Origin: Aquifex aeolicus VF5
GTDB lineage: Bacteria; Aquificota; Aquificia; Aquificales; Aquificaceae
Length of the DNA stretch: 32,000 bases
Assembly: GCF_000008625.1 (NCBI RefSeq)
Contig: NC_000918.1
Coordinates: 390,001 to 422,000, forward strand
Reading direction: 5' to 3'
Part shown: positions 1-7,309 of the stretch, in pieces
Layout: every line of letters starts with the position of its first letter
How positions within the stretch are numbered: position 1 is the first letter of the stretch
Made by a program: the position numbers and the translations under genes
Notes under the pieces: generated by a model
Told to the model about the DNA's origin: nothing
The model's database searches: none
The model's input: only the letters and a program-made list of their open reading frames with translations

Positions 1-935
1 GAGTAGTCCATGGGAATGTCGAGTTCTTCCGAGGAAAAGCAGTCAAGAGCCCCGGAAAATACAGCCTTCACCTTTTTGTTTCCGAGGGTTCCGCCCGCAT
101 ACTTGAATATGACTTCCCTGAGTGTTGTGTTCATGGGAAGCTCGTAAACCCCGGGTTTTTTCACCTTACCGCTTACGGGAAAGAGTTTTGGTCCAGCGTA
201 GTCACTCGGGCCTATGTACCTGTACTCCTCCCAGCCCATGGAAATTATAAAGGGAACGTTAGCTATGGTTTCTACGTTGTTCACTACCGTCGGTTTTCCC
301 CAGAGTCCCTTCTGGACGGGGTATGGGGGTTTTAACCTCGGGTGTCCCCTTTTACCCTCAAGGCTTTCTATCAGAGCGGTTTCCTCACCGCATATGTAGG
401 CACCCGCACCCCTTGCCACGTATATCTCAAGGTCAAATCCCGAACCCAAGATGTTCTTTCCTAAAAATCCCTTCTTTTTCGCCTCCTCTATTGCATCCCT
501 CAGTATGTAATAGCCCGCGGGGTACTCTCCCCTTATGTATATGTATGCTTCGTTTGCCCCAATCGCATAGGAGGATATGATTATTCCCTCTATCAGGAGG
601 TGGGGATCCCTCTCTATTATTATCCTGTCCTTAAAGGTTCCCGGTTCTGACTCGTCCGCGTTGCATATAAAGTACCTGGGTCCGGGGTTCTGAACCGCGA
701 ATTTCCACTTCTTCCCGGTTGGGAATCCTGCTCCTCCTCTACCCCGCAGCGTACTTTTGTCAACCCAGTCTATGATTTCCTCGGGGGACATGTTCAGGGC
801 TTTTTCTAAAGCCTGGTATCCCCCATCTTTTAAGTACTCATCTATGGAATGAACTCTGGGCTTTTTAGCCCTCTTGAGGAGCATATTAAGGGTAGTTTCA
901 GCGTAAATCCTAGGTATAGCGGGATAGGATCTCAT
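1..935 (-). CDS. nuoF: NADH-quinone oxidoreductase subunit F (51-kDa FMN/NADH-binding subunit). N-terminal ~311 codons only; the gene runs off the left edge.
   Basis: Manual reverse translation from the ATG at 935-933 gives MRSYPAIPRIYAETTLNMLLKRAKKPRVHSIDEYLKDGGYQALEKAL...STLRGRGGAGFPTGKKWKF...ICNADESEPGTFKDR...ARGAGAYICGEETALIESLEG. It is absent from the ORF track because there is no stop inside the window. Its start overlaps the nuoE 3' end by 26 nt. Confidence 0.93.
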   Translation of the reverse strand, partial: MRSYPAIPRIYAETTLNMLLKRAKKPRVHSIDEYLKDGGYQALEKALNMSPEEIIDWVDKSTLRGRGGAGFPTGKKWKFAVQNPGPRYFICNADESEPGTFKDRIIIERDPHLLIEGIIISSYAIGANEAYIYIRGEYPAGYYILRDAIEEAKKKGFLGKNILGSGFDLEIYVARGAGAYICGEETALIESLEGKRGHPRLKPPYPVQKGLWGKPTVVNNVETIANVPFIISMGWEEYRYIGPSDYAGPKLFPVSGKVKKPGVYELPMNTTLREVIFKYAGGTLGNKKVKAVFSGALDCFSSEELDIPMDY

Positions 936-1392
936 TTAACTGCACCTCGCTTTCAAATTTATACTCATCATCGTTTACCATAAACACGGGAGCTTCCGAG
1001 CAAGCTCCCAGACACTGAACGGGAACTATCTTAAACTTACCGTCGGGGGTAACTTCCCCTGGTTTTATACCGAGGATATTCTCAAGAGCTTTCAAAAGTT
1101 TATTCGTTCCCATAAGGTGGCACACTATGCTCACGCAAACCCTTATCCTGTACTTTGCCTTGTCCTCCCTGTCAAACATATCGTAAAAGGCAACAACTCC
1201 TTCCACGTGGTTTAGGGGAAGTTCCAGCATGTCCGCCAAGGGCTTTAGGCTCTCGGGAGGTATGTATCCGTAGTAATTTTGTATTTCGTGAAGACACAGA
1301 AGTATAGCCTGTCTCTTTTTGGGAAAGTAATTTATGTGTTCCTGGAGCTTAGTTTTCAGCTCTTCGGGAAATTCAAACTCCGTTTTAAACAT
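910..1392 (-). CDS. nuoE: NADH-quinone oxidoreductase subunit E (24-kDa, 2Fe-2S thioredoxin-like)
   Basis: 160-aa ORF with Cys pattern CVSIVCH...CLGACSEAP typical of NuoE/HoxF-N. It lies directly upstream of nuoF on the same strand. Confidence 0.95.
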   Translation of the reverse strand: MFKTEFEFPEELKTKLQEHINYFPKKRQAILLCLHEIQNYYGYIPPESLKPLADMLELPLNHVEGVVAFYDMFDREDKAKYRIRVCVSIVCHLMGTNKLLKALENILGIKPGEVTPDGKFKIVPVQCLGACSEAPVFMVNDDEYKFESEVQLNEILSRYT

Positions 1393-1411
1393 AGTTAATA
1401 ATTTTAAAAAA

Positions 1412-2047
1412 CTAATCCGTTTTTACAATTAAAAACACCATCTCCTTCCTACCACCTTTCTGGCGAGCCATATTTTTGAGCCTTTCCGCCCCCTTTTCCA
1501 AATCGCAACACGAAAGTGCCTCTTCTATCTCTCCTTCGCTTAAAACTTCCACAAACCCGTCGGAGGCAAGCAGGAACAGGTCCCCCTCCTCGTAGTGCGA
1601 TGAAAAGGTGTAAACTTCAGGGTTCCACTCAAGCCCAAGAACTTTAACCACTTTTTTGTTTCCCTTTATCTTCACCTGGTCCTCCGTTAGCCTGTACAGT
1701 CTTCCCTTCCTGAAGAGGTATATCCTTGAGTCCCCCACGTGTCCTATGTAAAAGTTCCTTTCGTTGAAGGAAAGGAGGCTTAGCGTAGTTCCCGAAAGCA
1801 CACTATCCTCAAGTTTTCCCAGTTCCTTTATTAGTTCCCTGTTAATCTTTGAAAAGTTCTCCCTTATTTTCTCTTCCGAATTGTAGGGCTTGAATTTTGG
1901 TATTAAATCCACCGCTTTTTCAGCGGCAGCGACCGCGCCTTTTCCTATGCCCATTCCGTCCGCAACAGCAAAAATTTCCCCGTCCGCCCAGAACCTGTCC
2001 GCGTAGGTTCTCCTGTCCGAGTAAACTATCCCGGAAACCCACTTCAA
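1412..2047 (-). CDS. PP2C-family Ser/Thr protein phosphatase
   Basis: Motifs FAVADGMGIGKG, SGTTLSLL, HVGDSRIY and LLASDGF. The TTG start forms a TTGA overlap with the kinase stop. Confidence 0.8.
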   Translation of the reverse strand: MKWVSGIVYSDRRTYADRFWADGEIFAVADGMGIGKGAVAAAEKAVDLIPKFKPYNSEEKIRENFSKINRELIKELGKLEDSVLSGTTLSLLSFNERNFYIGHVGDSRIYLFRKGRLYRLTEDQVKIKGNKKVVKVLGLEWNPEVYTFSSHYEEGDLFLLASDGFVEVLSEGEIEEALSCCDLEKGAERLKNMARQKGGRKEMVFLIVKTD

Positions 2048-2859
2048 ATCAAGCCCTCCTTAACCATGTACTCTTTCAGTTCTCTTGCGGTTCTGAACCT
2101 CCTTTTGTAATCCACTTCCAGCATTCTCTCCAGTAAATCCTTTAGTTTACCCGGAATTTCCTCGGGAATCTCAACCTCTCCCCTTTTGTTCTTTTCCTTT
2201 CTCTCTTTAAAATCTTTCCCTTCGAAGGGAACCTTGCCCGTTAGCATGTAAAGGGTTAGACACCCGAGAGAGTATATATCGCTGCTCCTGTGAATTTCTC
2301 CCCTGAAAATTTCGGGAGCTATAAAACCGATAGTTCCTTTCACATCTATTATAGAAACGTCGCCCCTTATCCTGACTAGGCTAAAGTCTCCGAGCTTCCA
2401 CAAAACTCCACCCAGAACCCTTTTACCGAATACGTTCTCCGGCTTGAGGTCGCTGTGGATGTATCCCCTTGAGTGGAGGTATTCAAGGGCGTTAACGACG
2501 TGCCTTAAAACTTTCAGGGCTTCCTCAGGGGAGAGCTTCCCCTTTTTCTCCACGTAATCTTTTAACGTCCCGAAGTCCATGTACTCGTATATGAGGTAGA
2601 GTTCCTTTTTATCCTTTTTGTAGAGATAACTCTGAAGGGAAACTATGTTCTGGTGGTGAAAGAGGATTAAGGTCTGGGCTTCCTTCCAGAGGTAGTGAAC
2701 CGAGTAAGGGTTGGAAGCTACCTTCAGGGCAAAGACTTTTCCTTTATACCTCCCTTTCAGAGCTTCAACCTTGTAAACTTTCCCGAAATTCCCTTCTCCT
2801 AGCTTTTCCAGAACCTTGTAGTAACCGAGTATAAGGTCTCCCGATTTAAAGTCTTCCAT
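2044..2859 (-). CDS. Hanks-type (eukaryotic-like) Ser/Thr protein kinase, catalytic domain only
   Basis: GEGNFGKVYKV (G-loop), VFALKV (Lys), IHSDLKPENV (catalytic loop, non-RD), GDFSL (DFG variant), GFIAPE (APE). Confidence 0.88.
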   Translation of the reverse strand: MEDFKSGDLILGYYKVLEKLGEGNFGKVYKVEALKGRYKGKVFALKVASNPYSVHYLWKEAQTLILFHHQNIVSLQSYLYKKDKKELYLIYEYMDFGTLKDYVEKKGKLSPEEALKVLRHVVNALEYLHSRGYIHSDLKPENVFGKRVLGGVLWKLGDFSLVRIRGDVSIIDVKGTIGFIAPEIFRGEIHRSSDIYSLGCLTLYMLTGKVPFEGKDFKERKEKNKRGEVEIPEEIPGKLKDLLERMLEVDYKRRFRTARELKEYMVKEGLI

Positions 2860-2889
2860 AGGCTTTTTAATTTAAAATGTTTCTAACTC

Positions 2890-3504
2890 ATGGTAGAAGT
2901 CTTAAGGAGCTCCACGTTTCTTCTTTTAAGAAACTGGGAGTTTACCTTAGCTTGGATAGTCTTCTTTACAATTCCCCTAGTTATCACTCCTCTCCCATAC
3001 GTGGGTTTCTTAGCCTTCTTCTTTATACTTCTTTTCTTTAACTCTACGACACAGTACTTCGTGAAAGTTCTCTCTAAAAATGAAAAAAGCTTAGAGATAA
3101 AAGAGATTTTCAAAATTAAGAAACCCGTTTTTAGTTTTTCCCTCGGAGAGAGTGTTTACCTTTTTTTCACCGCCCTCCTTTACTACCTCTTTACAAAGTT
3201 CTACGCGGTTTTGTTTTTCTGGTGGTGGTTTTACAAGCCTTTCCTTGAAAAAGAACTCTACTACGCCAGAACCTTTGAGGACGGCTTTAAGGCACTCCTT
3301 ATACTCCTTCTAAGGCCAAACTGGAAGTACATAAAACTGGGTCTTCGCTGGAGCTTTATAGGTCTGGTTTTATTAACGATAGCTGTTTTACTGGTTCTTT
3401 CTATTGCTGGAGTCCTGCTCGCCTCTTTTGTTGTACTCCTTCTTTCCGTAGTCCTTGCGCACTTTACCGCGGAGACTATACTCAGGATAAAGACATTAGC
3501 TTAA
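2890..3504 (+). CDS. Integral membrane protein, function unknown (4-5 predicted TM helices)
   Basis: 204-aa ORF with an ATG start and long hydrophobic runs (FTIPLVITPLPYVGFLAFFFILLFF; IGLVLLTIAVLLVLSIAGVLLASFVVLLLSVVLA). It is divergent from the kinase gene. Confidence 0.5.
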   Translation: MVEVLRSSTFLLLRNWEFTLAWIVFFTIPLVITPLPYVGFLAFFFILLFFNSTTQYFVKVLSKNEKSLEIKEIFKIKKPVFSFSLGESVYLFFTALLYYLFTKFYAVLFFWWWFYKPFLEKELYYARTFEDGFKALLILLLRPNWKYIKLGLRWSFIGLVLLTIAVLLVLSIAGVLLASFVVLLLSVVLAHFTAETILRIKTLA

Positions 3505-4074
3505 GACTTTCCTTATTTCCTTTATTACTTCTTCCGGATTTTCCTTATACCTCTTTCCCAGCTCTATTGCCTCCTCCTGAGATAGAAAGCCTTCCCTCTT
3601 CAGGAGTTGCAGGAACTGCCTCACGTTGGAAGGATTTTTCTTGAACGTTCCCCTGTCAAAGTCTATAACGAATACTTCTCCTTTATCGCCCACGAGGACG
3701 TTTTTGTATATGTTGGAGAACTCGTCCCTGTTTATTCCCATTCTGTCCAGGAGGTAAGCCTTTTCCAGAACCTCCTTGAGAAGTCTCTTTTTCTCTTCTT
3801 CACCGATCTTTAACTTCCCGAAGGGCTTTCCCTCTATGAATTCGTAAACGAAGAAGTCCTCGCCTTTGAAGAGTATCTGAGGAAAACCTTTAAGCCCTTT
3901 CAATTTTTCCAGTATTTCAGCTTCTTTCTGTATCGCCTTCACTTTATCCGGAGCTTTTGCCACTTTTATGGCAACCTTTTTACCCCTCCAGTATCCCGTG
4001 TAAACCTTTCCCCTCCAACCTTCTGCGAGCTCCTGTAAGTTTTGAACTTCCTTTATAAATTCTGAGAACTTCAT
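3496..4074 (-). CDS. Small atypical protein-kinase-like protein (RIO/Bud32/Kdo-WaaP-like fold)
   Basis: 192 aa with GWRGKVYTG (G-loop-like), KKVAIKVAK (Lys), QKEAEILEKL (alphaC Glu) and VIDFDRG (metal-binding DFD). The catalytic loop is non-canonical (GINRDEFSNIYKNVLV). Confidence 0.5.
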   Translation of the reverse strand: MKFSEFIKEVQNLQELAEGWRGKVYTGYWRGKKVAIKVAKAPDKVKAIQKEAEILEKLKGLKGFPQILFKGEDFFVYEFIEGKPFGKLKIGEEEKKRLLKEVLEKAYLLDRMGINRDEFSNIYKNVLVGDKGEVFVIDFDRGTFKKNPSNVRQFLQLLKREGFLSQEEAIELGKRYKENPEEVIKEIRKVLS

Positions 4075-4091
4075 ACCTTATATTTAATAGA

Positions 4092-4601
4092 ATGGTCAGA
4101 GACATAGTAATTTACCCCAACGAAATCTTGAAGAAACCGACCGAAAAAGTTGACGTAATAGATAAAGAGGTTAAGAACCTCATAAGGGATATGTTCGATA
4201 CCATGTACGAAGCGGAAGGTGTGGGACTCGCCGCAAACCAGATAGGTGTTCCCTTGAGCGTTATGGTCATAGATACCTCACCCAAAGAAGACGCCCCTCC
4301 CCTCAAGCTCGTACTCATAAACCCCGAAATAAAGGAAGGAGAGGGAAAGATTAAGTACAAGGAGGGATGTCTTTCCTTTCCGGGCCTCAGCGTTGAGGTA
4401 GAGCGTTTTCAAAAGGTAAAGGTAAACGCTTTAAACGAACACGGAGAACCCGTTGAGTTAACTCTGGAGGGATTTCCAGCGATAGTTTTCCAGCACGAGC
4501 TTGACCACCTGAAGGGCATAACTTTTGTGGACAGACTCAAGGGCTGGCGAAGGAGAATGGCACTCGAGAAGTACCAGAAACTCCTCAAGTCCAGAAAATG
4601 A
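4092..4601 (+). CDS. def: Peptide deformylase
   Basis: All three signature motifs are present: GVGLAANQIG, EGCLSFPG and QHELDHLKG. Confidence 0.95.
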   Translation: MVRDIVIYPNEILKKPTEKVDVIDKEVKNLIRDMFDTMYEAEGVGLAANQIGVPLSVMVIDTSPKEDAPPLKLVLINPEIKEGEGKIKYKEGCLSFPGLSVEVERFQKVKVNALNEHGEPVELTLEGFPAIVFQHELDHLKGITFVDRLKGWRRRMALEKYQKLLKSRK

Positions 4602-5125
4602 GCACAAAGGAAATCATATGCACCCTTAAAGGGCAGTTTTTCCTCTCCCCGAGGGAAGAGAAGTTTTTAAGACTTCTGGAGGAAATGGGCATACCAGAGG
4701 AAGATATACAGGAAGGCATAAGGGAGTGTTTAAAGAGCGTAAGTCCTAAAAAGAGGAAGAACTTTCCCCTATTTAAGTGTTTTTCAAAAATTCTGGAAGT
4801 TAACAAAGTAAGAGCCCTTGAGCGAGGAAAAAGGGAACATTTAGACTGGAAAAGAGTTTTTGAGAGGAAGGTATCGGTTGTAAAACACCTTCTGGATTTC
4901 AATTACACCGAACCCAAAACTGAAGAGGAGGCTGAAAAGACACTCCAGGAAATAGAAAGGAAGATATTTAAGAAACTCTGGGAAAACTTGGACAAAGAAC
5001 GGAAGAGAGAAATATACAACAAGTATAAGGAAGTAAAGGAAGACGAAGAACTGTTTAAGGAACTAATAAAACACGAATTGAGGAAGATTTTTCAGATTCC
5101 CGTGCTTTCCCTGTACGTGGATTGA
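4598..5125 (+). CDS. Hypothetical protein, charged/helical, 175 aa
   Basis: ATGA overlap with the def stop suggests translational coupling. I recognise no motif. Confidence 0.5.
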   Translation: MSTKEIICTLKGQFFLSPREEKFLRLLEEMGIPEEDIQEGIRECLKSVSPKKRKNFPLFKCFSKILEVNKVRALERGKREHLDWKRVFERKVSVVKHLLDFNYTEPKTEEEAEKTLQEIERKIFKKLWENLDKERKREIYNKYKEVKEDEELFKELIKHELRKIFQIPVLSLYVD

Positions 5126-6610
5126 TTACTCTTCTTGGCTTTCCTCTGCAATTTCTATTGCCTTCATGAGCGCTTTTGCCTTGTTTACGGTCTCTTCCCA
5201 CTCCTTTTCAGGAACGGAGTCCGCCACTATTCCCGCTCCAGCTTGGACGAATATATCCCTGTCCCTGTAAACTGCAGTCCTTATGGCTATCGCCATGTCC
5301 ATGTTCCCCTGAAAGGATATATAACCTACACTGCCCGCGTATATTCCTCTCCTTTCGTTTTCAAGTTCCTCTATTATCTGCATAGCCCTTACCTTGGGAG
5401 CTCCAGAAACAGTTCCCGCAGGAAAGGTAGCCTTCAAGACGTCTAGAGCGTCGTAGCCTTCTCTTAACTCTCCCACAACGTCGCTCACTATGTGCATAAC
5501 ATGGGAGTAGCGTTCTATCCGCATAAAGTTTTCAACTCTCACACTTCCGGTTTTTGCAACCCTCCCTATGTCGTTTCTCGCAAGGTCAACAAGCATTAAG
5601 TGTTCCGCCCTCTCCTTCTCGTCCGAAAGTAGATCCTCTTCCAGTCTTTTATCTTCTTCTTCCGTTCTTCCCCTCTTTCTCGTCCCCGCTATAGGTCTCG
5701 TTTCAATCCTTCCCTCTTCCAGTCTCACGAGGATTTCGGGAGAAGAGCCTATGACTTTTAACTGATCAAAATCGAGGTAGTACATATAGGGAGAAGGATT
5801 TAAGAACCTGAGAACTCTGTAAATGTTGTCGGGATTACCCTTAAACCTCTTTCTGAATCTTTGAGAAAGAACTACCTGTATCACATCCCCCTGCGCTATG
5901 TACTCCTTTGCCTTTTTGACTATATCCTCAAATTCCTCTTTTGTGAAGTTAGAACGCCAGTTTTTGAAATCCGGTTCTTTCTCTACAACGTTTAAAAAAG
6001 TAGTTCCCCTTTCCTTTAGTTTTTTCACGGTATCCCTTATTAAGTTTTTAGCCCTTTCGTACTCTTCCTCAATTCCGTTTTGTGCGAAGATGGGAACAAC
6101 GACCTTTATTTTTCCCGTAAGGTTGTCGTGGATAACCACAACGTCCGTAAGCACGAGGTATATATCGTAAGTGTGAATCGGATCGGGATTTTTGTCTTCC
6201 ACAGGTTCGTAGAACTTCACCACGTCGTAGGCAAAGTAACCAACTAACCCTCCCCAGAACCTAGGCAATCTTTCATCATGATAAGGTATGAACTTCTTTA
6301 CAACTTCCTTAATCTTTGAAAGAGGATCCTTCGTTTCAAAGAAATTGACCTTTCCCCTTTCGTAAATCTCTCCGATATCTTTTCTCGTTCTCAGGTAAAA
6401 GGAAGATCCCGTGATTATAAAGGAGTACCTTCCCCACTTCTCACCGCCCTCCGCACTTTCCAGTAAGATGTTGAACTGTCCTTTTTCCTTTAACTTGAGG
6501 AAAATAGAAAGAGGAGTTTCAGTATCCACCAGAAGTTCCGTATATAAGGGAATAACGTTGTAATTCTCTGATAGTTTTCTTACTTCCTCAAGGCTGAGGT
6601 TTAAATTCAT
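5126..6610 (-). CDS. trpE: Anthranilate synthase component I
   Basis: 494 aa with [35 protein letters not shown] and GAGIVADS chorismate-binding signatures. Confidence 0.95.
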   Translation of the reverse strand: MNLNLSLEEVRKLSENYNVIPLYTELLVDTETPLSIFLKLKEKGQFNILLESAEGGEKWGRYSFIITGSSFYLRTRKDIGEIYERGKVNFFETKDPLSKIKEVVKKFIPYHDERLPRFWGGLVGYFAYDVVKFYEPVEDKNPDPIHTYDIYLVLTDVVVIHDNLTGKIKVVVPIFAQNGIEEEYERAKNLIRDTVKKLKERGTTFLNVVEKEPDFKNWRSNFTKEEFEDIVKKAKEYIAQGDVIQVVLSQRFRKRFKGNPDNIYRVLRFLNPSPYMYYLDFDQLKVIGSSPEILVRLEEGRIETRPIAGTRKRGRTEEEDKRLEEDLLSDEKERAEHLMLVDLARNDIGRVAKTGSVRVENFMRIERYSHVMHIVSDVVGELREGYDALDVLKATFPAGTVSGAPKVRAMQIIEELENERRGIYAGSVGYISFQGNMDMAIAIRTAVYRDRDIFVQAGAGIVADSVPEKEWEETVNKAKALMKAIEIAEESQEE

Positions 6611-6644
6611 ACAAAAAATTTTAAAATTTAATGGAGAGGGGACT

Positions 6645-7309
6645 ATGGAAAATTCTTTGAATGGTTTAATGAAAGGACTCAGAGGGAAAAAATACTACTT
6701 ATAATTATCCCGTTAGTTTTTGCCTTCGTTTTATGGCTGAACTTCATACAACCTCTTTTAAGCGAAAAGAGAAAACTGGAAGAGGAGCTTGAAAACTTAA
6801 GGGCAACACAATTCCTGATTGCGAAGAAGCTTGCTCTGGAGAAGAAGATAAAAGAGCTTGAAGCACAAATTGAGACTAAGGATTTATCTCTTGAGGAATT
6901 ACTAAATATAGCGAATAAGTATGGAATTTTTATTACAAAGTTCGAAGAAGTTAGTCCAAGGGGAATATCCGTACAGAAAAGAGGCAAAAAGGTTGTATTC
7001 TATAAAGGCAGAAAAAAGAAAAATAAAAGGGGTATTAATGTGGAATTTACAATATATAACTTGAATATATTAGCCCCAGAGGAAAAAGTAAAGTCGTTTA
7101 TAGAACATATATACACTAACTACCCGGCAGTATTGACAGGTTTCTATAAAGGATGTTTAGGAGAAAAGGAAGCTTTGAGAAGAATATCTGTTCCCTTAGC
7201 GTGTAATACTGGAAGAGATTACGAAAATATAATCTGTAAAGATGCTGATTTAAGTGGCTACGTTTATTTACTGAACCTTGTAACTATAAATGTGGAGGGG
7301 AAGAAATGA
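6645..7309 (+). CDS. PilO-like pilus/secretin assembly protein (N-terminal TM helix, coiled coil, alpha-beta domain). The reading frame is broken at the A6 run 6687-6692.
   Basis: ATG 6645 encodes MENSLNGLMKGLRGKK, then stops after 3 more codons. The next frame is open from 6632 and reads ILLIIIPLVFAFVLWLNFIQPLLSEKRKLEEELENLRATQ...INVEFTIYNLNILAPEEKVKSFIEHIY... through to 7309. That frame has no ATG/GTG/TTG before GTG 7040 (the ORF-track start). Its stop overlaps the secretin ATG (ATGA). Confidence 0.4.

Noticed and set aside
214-580. Two plus-strand ORFs (61 and 85 aa) at the left edge
   Set aside because: They are antisense to nuoF, whose translation I verified codon by codon.
2883-3113. 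76-aa Lys-rich minus-strand ORF
   Set aside because: It is antisense to the 5' part of the 204-aa membrane-protein ORF, which has an ATG start and convincing TM helices.
6687-6692. Programmed -1 ribosomal frameshift or transcriptional slippage at the A6 run in the PilO-like gene
   Set aside because: The run is only six A's and is preceded by G. It therefore does not form an A-AAA-AAN heptamer, and it is shorter than the 8-9 nt homopolymers known to support transcriptional slippage. I saw no downstream stem-loop or pseudoknot. A one-base sequence error or a plain mutation is more parsimonious.
6679-6987. 102-aa minus-strand ORF from the track
   Set aside because: It is exactly antisense to the open, coiled-coil-encoding PilO-like frame. 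Its translation is low-complexity and Ser/Phe-rich, typical of a shadow ORF.
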